A stretch of 64,000 bases of DNA. Origin: Amoebidium appalachense (taxonomy: Eukaryota > Protista > Ichthyosporea). The translations under genes were made by a program, and so were the position numbers. Where the stretch lies: contig CAVNZM010000010.1 of NCBI GenBank assembly GCA_963693365.1, positions 6,263,794 through 6,327,793 on the forward strand, in the 5' to 3' direction. Positions 24,502-45,928 of this stretch are shown here, piece after piece. Position 1 is the stretch's first letter. Each line of letters starts with the position of its first letter. The notes below the pieces were generated by a model. That model saw nothing but the letters and a program-made list of their open reading frames with translations. It had not been told where the DNA came from and made no database searches.

Positions 24502-26369
24502 ATGCATGTGTGTGGGTGGGTGGGTGTGGGAGGATGTGTGTGTGTTTTTCTTCTTTCTGTCTTCTTCTTCTTTTTTTTTTTTTTTTTTTTTGGGGGGGGG
24601 GGGGGAGGGGGGGCGGGGGCATAGTTGCATTTGCACGAGTATTTTTACACTCTAAATGGCTAGGGCATGTAATCATAAGCATCAGATTTGTCACGAATGA
24701 ACCAACGTGTTCTTGTCAGTCTGGAATGGAAAAGGGTAGGGGTCTCTACTGCTCTGAACGGTGCATTGTGTTGTACATATCAGTATGGCTGGACGTTACG
24801 ATAGCCGAGAATATGAGCGAATGAATGCGAAACTTAGATTTTTATCTGGCCACGGACAGGTGTTTATTCAATGTTTTTGTACAGGGGTGCGGAGTAGGAA
24901 TGGTACAACATGAACGACTGTGCGTTATATAATCTGAAGTATGCAACTGGGCTTGCAAGGCATGTTATCACGAGGGAAACCAATGAACAGCACAATGTCA
25001 TACTGTATCCCCCCATATGAAGGGCTCGTAATACTATATACCAACTTACGGTCCAGGCTGTGGTATGATATATACAGGTGATGGGGTACTGGATAAGCAC
25101 ACACGCCCACGCTGCATACACGACGAGAGAAACACTCACGATGCACATACCGTTGTGCACATGTCCTGGACAGAAACATTCCCCACCAAAAACAGATATA
25201 TAAGATATATATTAGTGCTGTATGCAATTTGGGGGCTTTACTATTCCTGGGTCACCCACGTATACACGTAGTACTACTAGGTTGCCCCTTTACATATGCA
25301 TGTGCATATATACTTGAAATTCACGGCTAATGCATGTGCAGAGTTGATAAAAGAACACACCAGAGGATTGCGCACAGAGAGGCACAGAGAGCCGCACACC
25401 TGCATGCAGAATTGCAACCACAGGCATGCACAGGCAGAGACACACTCGAACACACGCACACACATGCGCGCGCACACACACATACATACACATTCACACA
25501 CACTGAGTAGCACAGAGCACATATGTACACAAACCGAAAAAACTGAGGAAGTATTTTATTAGCAAAATAAGAAATTCACGCATATGTACGAGCGAATGGA
25601 CCAGCCATTTCGTCTTTAAGTACAAATTTACGAGGCATCCATGAGCCCACATATCTACATGTATATACAAGGTTGAATGAGTGTTTATCAGTCCGTAATA
25701 CAGGAAAACTTAGTACAAGAGGATGTATATACAGATTATCAACAAGGCATTTGCGACTCTGTGTCTATAGCTACTATTTATCGATCCTTACATTCTTTCT
25801 TTTAGAGTTCTACACGAACATATGAAAATGTTGCCTTTAAACTCATGACCACACAAGGGAAAACCACTCTCGGCCACCTTCCCCCCCTCCACCCCAACAA
25901 GGCATACACCCACGTGCACTAGTGACACTCACAGTCCTACCTCCCTCCTCCCCTCCCACCCCCTCCCTCGGCGCGCCATCGTCCCCCCTCCACTAAAAAA
26001 AAAAAACCCAGTGACACACACGCTGCGTGTCCCCCCCCTCCCCCCCCCCCCCCCCCCCCCCAAAGCACACACGCCACATGCACACACTCTCCCTCAGCCC
26101 CGTCCCTCATCCCCCCCCCCCCCCCTCCCCCCCTCCTCCACCTCCACCACCTTTGCTACCCTCTCGTCAATTTTGTCCCGCACTTTGCTCCCAAAGACTC
26201 AATCCTCTTCCCTAACAATACCAAACCAATCGAACGTGCACGCACATCTCACAGATCTGGACACACACATTGACACACAGACACACATGTACACACACCC
26301 ATGCACACACACGCACACGCGCATGCACACGCACAAACACAAACACACGTATACACACACACACACACA

Positions 26370-26420
<51 letters not shown>

Positions 26421-26446
26421 CCACATGCACAAAATATCCATAAACC

Positions 26447-34482
<8,036 letters not shown>

Positions 34483-34853
34483 GGCTCGGCCGAAATTTGT
34501 GGCATGACACTGCAAAGGGGATATGTTCGGTGAGAGTGAATACAGGGGGGAATGAAGAAGGGGGTAAGAGTAGCCAATACAGAGAGAACAGAAGGGCTGA
34601 AGGGCAACGGGGTTGCAGGATAACAGCCCAGGCGGAGGGAAACGAAGGGGACGGGAACGGAGGGGAAGGGGGGGAGAGGGATAGGCGGGGGGGGGGGGGG
34701 GGGGGCACGCAATATTAAACAACGAAGAAACGAGGCTTAGAGAGGCAGGAGGGGGGGTGGGGGGTGGGGGGTGGGGGGGGGGGGGTACCGAAGAAGGGGG
34801 GGAAGTAGAGTAACCGGGGAAGGGTGGGGGGAGGGGGGGGGGAAGGGAGATAT

Positions 34854-34884
<31 letters not shown>

Positions 34885-35176
34885 GTGTGTGAAGAATGTG
34901 AGGTTGATGGCTCTAGAACACTTGCTGGAAAAGTATTGCGACCAAACGATATTTCCAAAAATGAAGGGCAGGGGGGACACGTGGCAAAAAAAAGAAAAAA
35001 GGGGCGAAGGCAGCAGGAAGGTGAAGCAAACAGGACGGGGGGGCGAGGGGGGGGGGGGGGGGGGGGGGGGGGGGCTCCCCGTTAGGTTAAGTTTGTCTAG
35101 GAGAAAGGTTCAGCACGGGCAGTGACCAGGCGGGGGCAGAGGGGGGGGGGGGGGGGGGGGGGGAGGCGGGAAAGGG

Positions 35177-35361
35177 TAGATTGCGTAACAGAGTACCAAG
35201 TACAGATTCACAAAAGAAAAAACAATGCAAATTTTGCAGAGCACACACAAAAGGGGGTGGGGGGGAGGGGAAAGGGAGGGGTAAAGGGGTAGATTGCGTA
35301 ACAGAGTACCAAGTACAGATTCACAAAAGAAAAAACAATGCAGATTTTGCAGAGCACACAT
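35177..35361 (-). mobile_element. Two tandem (period 113 bp) about 72-bp 3'-end fragments of a diverged subfamily
   Basis: Near-identical copies start at 35177 and 35290. On the minus strand they end gaatctgtacttggtactctgttacgcaatcta followed by ccc. Confidence 0.6.
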
Positions 35362-35437
35362 AGAAGGGGGGGAGGGGAGGGGGGGGGGGGGGGGGGGGGG
35401 GGGGGAGGGGGAGAAAGGGGGGGGGGGGGGGGGGGGG

Positions 35438-35580
35438 TAGAGCGTGTTATAGAGTACGGAGTACACATTCATACCGGACAACACAAGGCAGAGTGCAAAC
35501 CACACACTAAGAGTACGCGTAGTAAGCAGAGCACATCCTCAGGGGGGACCTGAGTCATCCACAGTATCCGAGTTTCGACG
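35438..35580 (-). mobile_element. Structured retroelement, subfamily C (5'-truncated)
   Basis: Minus strand reads tcGAAActcggatactgtggatgactcaggtccccCCTGAGGAtgtgctctgctta...gtgtactccgtactctataacacgctcta then poly-C. Colinear with subfamily B but diverged. Confidence 0.8.
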
Positions 35581-37493
35581 CATGGGTGGGTGGGTGGGTG
35601 GTGGTGGGTTGAGGGGGAGGGGAAGGAGGGGGGGGGGGTGGGGGGGTGGGGGATTGGGATTACAGCGAAGGCCGGGGTGTAGGTGAGTGGATGTGAACTC
35701 GACAAGGAGGAGACGAAAAAATCAGAAGCAGGAGTTATTCTTTACACAGTATCCTGAACCAGGGGGGGACCGGGGGGGGGGGAGGGGGGGGGGGGGAAGG
35801 GAAGGGGGGGAGGGGGGAGGAAGGGGGGGGGGGAGCGGGGGGGGGGGGGGGGGGGAGGGGAACCTGGGGGAAGGAGGGGGAGGGAGGGGGTGGGTTGGGA
35901 GCCGGCGGGAGGGGGTGAAGGGGGTGAAAGAGAGATGGAGAGAAGTTGGGAAGGGGGGCAGGGGGGGGGGGGGGGGGGGGGAGGATCTGAAGGTGATGAA
36001 TGAGAGGCAGCGAGAGAAAAAATAGTCGGGAAAGGTGGGGAGGGAGAGAGGGGAAGGGGGGAGGGGATGGAGGCATCGAGAGGGAGGAGGAGGGGGAGGG
36101 GAGCCGAATAGGACGAAGGGAGAGGGTGGGTGAGGTGAGACAGAAACGAGGTGCCAAAGGAAGATCCCTGTAATCTATTGTGGATACAGGAAGGTGGATG
36201 AAAGTTAAAGATAGGGGGTGGCAGATGCCGCCGTGCCAGTAAGCTCAAACCGATCTTGGTGACTTCAAAACAAAGACAGGAAGTGCAGACAGGCGTGCGG
36301 TGGGGGGATCCGAGAGGGGGAGGGGGGTGGGGGGGGAGAAGCGAGAGAATCAGGAGATCCGGGGGGGGGGGGAGGGGATCCGGGGGGAGGGGGGGAGGGG
36401 GGAGGGAGGGGGGAGGGATGGGCGGGGGGGGGGGGGGGGGGAGGAGCCGGGGGGGAGGGGGGAGGGGGAGGGGGGAGGGGGGATCGGCGGGAGGGGGGGG
36501 GGGGGGGAGAAGGAGGCTTGGGGAACGAAGGGGTTAAAGAAAATGTGAAGCCAAAGGGAGTGTGGAATGAGGAGGAGGAAAAGAGAGGCAGGAGGAGGTG
36601 TGGCACAAAGTTGGTTATTTGAAAACTGGGGTGGAAAGGAGTCAGCCTGTGTGAGGAAGAAAACTGACAGTGCTAGAGAGGGAGAAGAAGAATGAAGGAG
36701 ATAGAGCCGGTGTTTGGCCTGTGGGGTGAGAAAAAGACAGAAAATTCCGACACTGTACATGAGCAGGTAAAAGCGTTCCGGGCTTGAACAGCGATGGGCT
36801 GCAAAAAGAAGACACTGAGAACGAGCAGATTCTCGATGACAGGGGAGAGGGCAGGGAGGAGAGGCAGCAGGAAAATGAGACAGGGAGAAAAAGAAAGGGG
36901 TGGACAAATGTGTGGTGCCTACTGCACACACTGAACATGCTAGAGCATGGAGCAGTGAAGGGTGCTAGGCCCTACCAGTCAATATAATCTTCGCCGGGCG
37001 TACGTAGGAAAAGTCTAACTTCCCTTCCCCGGAAACCGGCCCCAGAGTATAAATTCTATAACTTTATACTTAGAGCTGAAAAAAAGACACTACTCACAAC
37101 GGCTTCGTGGAATGAGCTTCTGATCATTGAAACAAAAAATAGCAGCAGAACTGACTTAGATCTAGATCCAGTGGGTGTGGCAACTTCAAAGGTCGGCCGG
37201 GATCCTGCTTATCCAGAGAAACGACCAGTGTAAAAAAAAAAAAATTTAATAAAAAAAAAGGCTACAAGAAGAGGCTTTCCTGCTTATTCTGAAGCTTTGT
37301 GTTGCTGCGCTGTAAGTTACCGAGTTGCCCTAAATAATGATTAGCTCCCTCATGCATATGACGTTCGTTTCTCGACTGTGCCACCTCTCGTGCCACCGTG
37401 GTTCATGCCAGCATCCGTTTCATGTTGAAGTTGTCACCCCGGTGCCGGTGCCCGGTGGCCGCGTTGCGAATAATTTCCTTTGGAATGTGTGCA

Positions 37494-39129
37494 CCAATCA
37501 GCTAGCTTGAAATAATTTATGTTCAAGATCTGCCAATCAAATGGAAGCCGGCATTTTTTCGCTTGCCGGCAGGAATGCCACACAACTTGGACGTCAAAAG
37601 GCTTCTAACTTCCAGGGGCCTGAATCTTCCTGAATCGCTGTTCTACAGCTTAGGCCGTAAATGAATATGGCACAAACCGCGTGGACAACTGGTCAATAAA
37701 TACGGTGGAAGCAGATAATAGCAACAACAATGATACCCACTCTGTATATGTACAAACCTGGCTAAAAGCGCTGAGCCGCCTCGGCATGCAGGCGAGTCGC
37801 GACCCGGAGAATTTGATTGCAGAGCCAATCAGGTGAGGGCAGCATTGGTCGGCTCACATTCCAAGCGCCGCAGTGCCGCTGCACTTCTAGTCCCGGGGCA
37901 ACTTTTGAAAGCCGAAAGCAACCTTCAAAAGCTAGGTAAAGCTGTATATTTGGCTATAATGTACCCACTACATCTGATTATTCGTGTATTGATCGTTGTT
38001 GAGGCTCAGGTTTTGTTATTAGTGATTTTCCTCAGCGGCTACCGCCATAAGTGCCAGGTTACGAGTTCGACACATATTTGGTCACCGGCTGGCCAATAGA
38101 AAAGGTGATGAACGTTTTTGGAAATAATTATTTTCAATCAAGTATTCGATTGGTTCCCGCCATTCAAAATCTTACAATCTCCCATGTTTTTCTCCGCTCT
38201 AAGACAGCGAAGTGGCTTGAAAAAAGCACCAGTATTTGGAAAATTCTTCACACAATCAGTTAAAGGATTATGAAAAAGCTTCCTGGGGGTACCAAAGAAT
38301 GCCAAAGAAAAAACGAAACTTGAAACCTGGGTGGTGATCGGGTATTGAAATTGTGGGTCACACCCTGCTACAGTAGTCAACGGAACGATGGATGCATGTG
38401 ACTGTCACGCGGGGGTGCAGTCTTCTAAGATGGCATGTGTGTCTTTCATGAAATGCGAATGGCAAAAGTATATAACCATCATCTTCTCTCCATACAGATT
38501 TGTTTTAGATTTGTCAGTTTTTTGGCTGTTTTCTCCCATCAAGACTCGAGTGCACGGGGGCTGGGGCCTAATTCATCGATATCGTCAATCCATCTGTACT
38601 ATTGTTTACCTTTACCTGCTAAATTTGGTTATCTAAATGAGACTGCTGTTGTTGGGGGGCAAAAAAAGCCTGAACGAGTGGGTATTTGCATCCAGGTTTG
38701 AGCAAATACTTATAACTTCCGCAACTAAAATTGTCTAATTTATGTATTTTTGAGAACTTTGGAGTATGTTTTCTTAGACGCTCTTAGCTTATTAACAGCT
38801 TATGTAAGAGGAAACAACAGGCCGTTACTGCCCTTCTCAAAGGTTCCTCGACCCTACTCTAAGTTGCTGCCGCCAACCAACTACAAAGCGCGATCGACTT
38901 GGTATTTTACGTCAACCAACCAGAAACTAGAGGTTTCCCTCGATGAAACTCTAGACCGGCTACAGAGTAGTACAGATTGCCACCCTTTGATCCAATCCAA
39001 TCACTCAAACTGGTTTTTACATTTTAGTAAGAACAACTCCCTAGATACCAAAGGTAGCCGCAATGGAATTATCAGGCGTTCACTGTGACATTGCCGTGTA
39101 CTGGAAGCAAGGCATTTGCATTTGATTGG
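37494..39129. promoter_or_regulatory. CCAAT-rich, repeat-free region between divergently oriented genes (SGNH gene and phosphorylase)
   Basis: CCAAT or ATTGG at 37494, 37533, 37825, 38093, 38149, 38992, 38997 and 39125. The region lacks the microsatellites found elsewhere. Confidence 0.45.
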
Positions 39130-39220
39130 CTCTTTTCCCACGCGGCAGAGGAACATGGCGCAATAAAGAGCAAAAAAAAAAAATTGGAGTTGCAGTTTTC
39201 GTTTGTTCCCACTTTTCACC

Positions 39221-41285
39221 ATGGCTTCCAACCCCAAGGGTCCGGAGAGACGTCCGTCTCTCCGCAAGCAGATTTCTCTCCGTGGTATCCCAGAGATAGA
39301 AAACGTTGAGGAAGTCAAGACAGCCTTTAACAGGCATCTGCACTACACTATCGGCAAGGTAATAGTTACGAAGATTAGGACGGAGAACGGTGTTCACAGG
39401 TGTCACACAAACCTGCTAAATGTTAGCTCTTAGCCGAACGTTTTCTCTTCAAAACCAGGAAGAATCATGTGTGTTTTTCCAACTCCGGTGTCGAAATCCG
39501 CAAAGCTTTATCAGAATAACAAACACGTCCTTGATTTCAGCCCACATGCCCTGTTACACACCAAACACCTGCATACCAGACACGAGTATGATGAAGAAAC
39601 GTGGAGCTCTCCTTCAAATGTTCTCTCGGAATGCCTTTGATTTCCGCTTACACAAGGAAATTGTTATTGATCAGCACACCTGTCACATGTAGGGCACCTG
39701 GCTGTGCACATTTCGAGCTATGTGCATTCATACAGTTATTGATTCAAGTGTTTACTACTTATGACCTGCCTGCCCTGATGTCTGTTTGTGCTTGCTTGCC
39801 GAGAACTACTCGTTTAGCTGCTGTTTAACAGAGTGTCGGGGGGGGTAACAACAGGATCGTAATGTTGCCGAGCCGTTTGACTACTCCAGTGCTCTGGCAC
39901 ACACCGTGCGTGACCAGCTGATTGGCAAATGGATCCGCACTCAGCAGCAGTATTACGAGCTTGACCCCAAGGTGTGTATTCTGCTTCTTGTTCCAATCAC
40001 ACAGTTGTATGCTCGCAACCCCCCTTTGGCTGTTTAACTCTCCTTTCTGAGACGGAGCAGTCAACATTCACTCTCTCCCACTCGGTGACTCTCATCTCCT
40101 GTTGCAGTTTCATTCTAAGCTTCCCCATCCCCTCTCTCTCCCTGCCCTGCCTGCCCCCACCGTGCATTCCCTTGCTACCACCCCACTGCTTCATTTCTCG
40201 TTTTTTCTCTCTTGCTCTTGCTTTAAGCCCAACCAGATACCCAACACTGCTCAGCATTGCCCCATTAACATGAATTGCCTGCTGGAACTGTGTACCATTG
40301 ACCTGCCCACGAGCCACTTTTGCATTTCGTCCCTTCCTCATGCCCCCCCCCCCCCCCCCCCCCCAACCGTTACTTGCCGCGAACCCTGATGATATACTCT
40401 GCCGTTTAATCATAATGCCCCCATTCCCTCGCCCGCCATCTCTATCCTCGACCTAGCCCAATGTTAGCTGTGCTCCTGGCCATCTATGGTGTATGGATTA
40501 GCCTAGACATGTTCGTTTTCCTTTACGCATTGGCATAGGTATGTTCGTGTGTCTCTTCTCTGAACGTGTGTGTTGACAGTCAACGGAGTGGCACCACATG
40601 CGCCTCCCCCCCCTCCCCCCTCCCCGAATCACCATCACCACCACCACCCCTCTCCCCCGGGGGCAATGCCCATACGCGCATGTTAATGTTTCCTCCCGCA
40701 GCGCGTGTACTACCTGTCCATGGAGTGGTACATGGGCCGCACCCTGGGCAATGCCATGCTGAATCTGGGCATCCAAGGCGCCTGTGAGGAGGCCATGTAC
40801 CAGATGGGGCTGATGATTGATGAGCTCGAGGAGTTCGAGGAGGATGCCGGCCTGGGCAACGGTGGTCTGGGCCGTCTGGCTGCCTGCTTTATCGACTCCA
40901 TGGCCACTGTCGGCCTGCCCGCCCACGGTTACGGAATCCGCTACGAGTACGGTATCTTTAAGCAGGAGATCCGTGATGGGTTCCAGCATGAGCTGCCGGA
41001 TGACTGGCTGCGCTATGGCAACCCATGGGAGATCAGCCGTCCCGAATACACCATCCCCGTGAACCTGTATGGTCACGTTGAGGACAAGGTGTGATTTTCC
41101 CCCACTCCCACCCCCATCACTCTCTCCCCCCCCCCCCCCCCCCCCCACCCTCCCAATCCCCCTCATATCCTATCCTATCACCCCACCACACCACACCATC
41201 AGCCAACTTCTATCCAGTCGCCTGTATATCGTGCGCATACTGTGTGATGTAAGGTTGACAAGCAGAGTGCTCGTATGATCATCCC

Positions 41286-41321
<36 letters not shown>

Positions 41322-44300
41322 GGAGTATTTAGATGCCCTTCCCTTTGGCTGAACTCGGTAACACACCCTTTATACTCCCCGTCATATCTACCACCCCAAA
41401 ACTGCATTTGGATGATGTGTGCATTTAACAAACCTCCATTCTCTCAGGACGGCAAGAAGGTGTGGGTCAACACCCAGAAGGTGCTTGCCATGGCCTACGA
41501 TACCCCCGTGCCGGGCTACAAGAACAACGTGGTCAACACCCTCCGTCTGTGGTCTGCTAAGTCCTCCAACGACTTCGAGCTGGGCTACTGTACGTGTTTC
41601 TCCCCCACCCACCTTCCGTATCGCGTTCCCCCTCCCCCCTCCCCTACACACACACACACACACCAACCAGCACCGCCTCCGCTTATCGGCTCTCCTCTCC
41701 ACATTCTCTCCCTCCTTCCTTTTCCGGCACCACAACCCGCTTTCCAACCCCCCTTCCCCTCCCTCCCGAGAGGGGGCCCTTTTACCCCCCACAGACAGCA
41801 AAGGTACACACTATCATATCACCACTTCCGACCTCTGTCACCTCATCCCCTCCGTCCCCTCCCCCTCTCCTCCTCCTCCCCCCCCTCTCCCCCGGGTGGT
41901 TCTTCCCCCGTTTCATATGACAGTCAATTCATACCTTAAATGCCCGATAATCCGCTTTGGCTAGCAATTGATGGTTTTCCCCAAACAGTCAACAGCGGTG
42001 ACTACATCGGTGCCGTGTTGGAGCGCAACCAGGCTGAGAACATCTCCCGTGTGCTCTACCCCAACGATAATGTAGGTCACCCTTTCCCCCGTTCCTATTA
42101 TGCACCTTTCCCCCTTCCCCCTCTCTGTTTTGCAATTAAAAGCCAACATAGCCTGCAAGTGAATCTCCGGTGCATTATATCTTTCCCTGCCCTCTTCCCT
42201 CTCCGCCCCCTCCCCCTCCCCCCCCCCCCCCCCCCCCCCCCCAATCACACACACAGACACACGCGCACACAAGCACAAACAAGAGGAAGTGAAAGGCGGG
42301 GGGGGGGGGGGGGGGGATTGTACTTGTATGCCGACAGTTCCGTAAAAATATGGAGAACTGACGTGGCCTGCATCCATCAGTTCTTCGAGGGCAAGGAGCT
42401 GCGCCTGAAGCAGGAGTACTTCCTGTGCGCCGCCTCGCTCCACGACATCATTCGCCGCTACAAGAGTTGCGAGTTTGGCTCCAAGTCCAGCAAGCGTTCC
42501 TCATTCAATAAGTTCAGCGAGAAGGTCGCCATCCAGCTGAACGACACCCACCCAGCCCTGGCTATCCCGGAGCTGGTATGTTGGTCTTCACACATGCACC
42601 TCATTTGCTTTCTCTTCCTCCCCCCCTCCCCCCCCCCCCCCCCTCCCTAACATCTTTACTTCCATGCAACCGGGCATGGTTGCTCTGTGTCGTGCATCTG
42701 TAAGCACATACGCGTTTTTCGCTGCACTGCATTAGTTTGCACACACATCTTCACCGTTCTGCTCACCTTGCTTGCATAAGCAACCCTGCTCGTCTTTGAT
42801 CAAGACGGGTTGACCCACCCAAGTTCAGTTGATGCTGCTGTTTGAGTTGGAGCGTCGTATATACGCGGGCTAAGGGGTCGAAACTCAGACGCAATTGATG
42901 ACTTGGGCCCTCCCTGAGGATGGGCTCTGCTTATGACGCATACTGTGCGCATGGCTGATGTTGCATACTTGAATGTTTGCCTTTGCATGTGTCCTGCACC
43001 ATGCTTCTCATCGTGTATGCGTACTTTGTACTGTGTTCCGCATTCAAACCCCCCCTGTCTTCTTTCAGAGGTGTCCTTTCAGGACAGACCACTGTGTGGA
43101 GACATCTTTACTTCCATGCAACCGGGCATGGTTGCTCTGTGTCGTGCATCTGTAAGCACATACGCGTTTTTCGCTGCACTGCATTAGTTTGCACACACAT
43201 CTTCACCGTTCTGCTCACCTTGCTTGCATAAGCAACCCTGCTCGTCTTTGATCAAGACGGGTTGACCCACCCAAGTTCAGTTGATGCTGCTGTTTGAGTT
43301 GGAGCGTCGTATATACGCGGGCTAAGGGGTCGAAACTCAGACGCAATTGATGACTTGGGCCCTCCCTGAGGATGGGCTCTGCTTATGACGCATACTGTGC
43401 GCATGGCTGATGTTGCATACTTGAATGTTTGCCTTTGCATGTGTCCTGCACCATGCTTCTCATCGTGTATGCGTACTTTGTACTGTGTTCCGCATTCAAA
43501 CCCCCCTCCCTAACCAACCCACCCACGAACACACACACATACACAGACAGACACTGACGTAAATACACGCACATACACCACCCACTCTAGTCTGTTCTTT
43601 CTGGCAGGGCTGCTGAAGGGGACTGCTGGAAAGGGGGGGGGGGGGGGGGCTTTTCTGGCAGGGCTGATGAAAGGGAATGGAGGGAGGGAAGGGGGGGGGG
43701 GGTTGCCTTTGTCGCGGATGTTAAGTTCGGCACGCAGATGCGCATTCTCGTGGACGAGGAGGGCATGTCGTGGGATGACGCCTGGGACATCACCATCAGC
43801 ACGATGGCCTACACCAACCACACGGTGCTGCCCGAGGCCCTCGAGCGCTGGCCATGCTCCCTGATGGAGCGCCTGCTGCCCCGCCACATGCAGATCATCT
43901 ACCACATCAACTACCTGCACCTTGAGGCCGTCAAGCTCAAGTACCCCGGCGACTGGGACCGTGTCCGCCGCATGTCCATCATCGAGGAGGGCGGTGAGAA
44001 GAAGGTCAGCCCCCCCCCCCCCCCCCCCCCCCCCCCTTCTCCTGCTCCCGCCCCTTCCCCGAGCATCTTTCATGACTGACTGCTTAGGGGCCCCACTGAG
44101 GACGGGGTCTGTGTATGAAGCATACTCATTCTTGTGCTGTTGCAATCTGTCTTGTTGCCATGAATGTGTACTTTCTACATGCTTTTTCCGCATTCCATGA
44201 AATGGTGTGCTGTGTACTGACCGGTATGCTACAGGTGCACATGGGCTACCTGTCCGTGGTGGGCAGCCACGCCGTCAACGGGGTCGCAGCTCTTCACAGT

Positions 44301-45054
44301 GAGCTCATCAAGCAGACCATCTTCAAGGATTTCTATGAGATGTACCCCGAGCGCTTCCAGAACAAGACCAACGGCATTACTCCCGTAAGTGTTTAAGGCA
44401 TTTAATTGCATCTGACAGCCATCAAACAAGATTGGGTTCGAGTTTTGTTGTTAGAAAAAATGGCTGTTGCCCGAGTTGCGCAGGCTGTTACCAGCATGCT
44501 GAGGCAGGAAGAGGAGACACGATAGCTGACATGAATATCCCCTACAGCGCCGCTGGATTGTCAAGTGCAACCCCGCACTCACCAACATCATTGCCGAGAA
44601 GCTGGGAGGTGAGGAATGGATCACGGACCTGTTCAAGCTGCGCAAGCTGTTGGACTTTGCCGGCGACACCGAGTTCCTGCGCCAGATCCAGGTCGGTACC
44701 TTGGTCACAAGGTTGCTTGCCTGCTTGCCCCCCCCTCCCCCCGCATATTCTTGATGTATGGTTCATGTGTATTTCGTACTTTATGGCGCATTCAAACCCT
44801 AGCCAACCACCCCACCCCACCCCACTCACCACCACCTGAACAAATGATGTGTGTATAAACAGGGCTTAGTCCCTGTACTATGCACACCACGTATGCTTGT
44901 TGAATGCCCTTGTTCTGCTCTGGTTTATTGATTGCAAGCATCAGGTTTCGTACTCCCCCCCGCCCTCCTCCTTCCCAACACCACCACACACACAAACACA
45001 CATAGCACCGACCACCCCCTCTCCCCTCACCCCCCCACCCAACCCCGACCACCT

Positions 45055-45085
<31 letters not shown>

Positions 45086-45891
45086 GAACACTCTCTACAT
45101 CTCTCTAAGGCACAGCTTGTGGATTTTCTATGTTTCCTCGTAGATAACATATATGTTGTGTTTGGCGATACCCTCTACAAACAGGACATTGGTATCCCCA
45201 TGGGTACAAACTGTGCTGTTTTCTTGGCTAATTTCTATCTCTTTACTTATGAGTTGGATTTTGTTCGCAAGCTTATTGCACACGAACGCATTGATGTCTT
45301 GGTAGATTTTCAGTTTACTCGCCGCTACATAGATGATTTGATCTCCCTTCATAATCCTCGCATTCTCTCCCACCTCTATTTAGAAGATTGTGATTTCGGT
45401 CTATATCCCAAGACCAGCCTTCAACTCAACCCTGCCGGTTCCTCCCCCTCTGTCCCCTACCTCGACTTGCATATCACCTGCACTAATCACGGCATTCACA
45501 CAACCATCTACAACAAGCTCGACACACCCACGTTCAATACACTAGACATCGTTCGTTTCCCACATCACGACTCATTCATCTCCCGCACTGCAAAATACGG
45601 CATCATGACAAGTCAAATGCATAGCTACCAGCGCAAATGCTCCACACTTGCTGCATTCACCACATGCACTGCACGACTTGCTAAAACATTGCTTAACAAA
45701 GGCTACTCGTTTAGACTCTTGCACCACAAAATGCACAGCTTTCTCGCCACACACCCGCACATATACCGTGGCGTTCACTCCTCTCACATACTCTCCATCA
45801 TCACTAAAAAGATCAACACTCCCTAGTCCCCCACTCTATCCCGGTTCCCCCCCCCCCCCCCCCCCCCCCCCCCCCTACCAGCCCCTACACC

Positions 45892-45928
<37 letters not shown>

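Noticed and set aside
42895-42959. C/D-box snoRNA-like pattern (TGATGA..CTGA..CTGA) in subfamily A
   Set aside because: The terminal D box and a clean C box are not conserved in subfamilies B and C, no guide target was recognised, and the covariation fits a different fold.
42800-43440. Repeated short ORFs in the 452-bp unit (e.g. [11 protein letters not shown]..)
   Set aside because: No recognisable domain, and frames are not preserved between subfamilies. Conservation is at the level of RNA structure.
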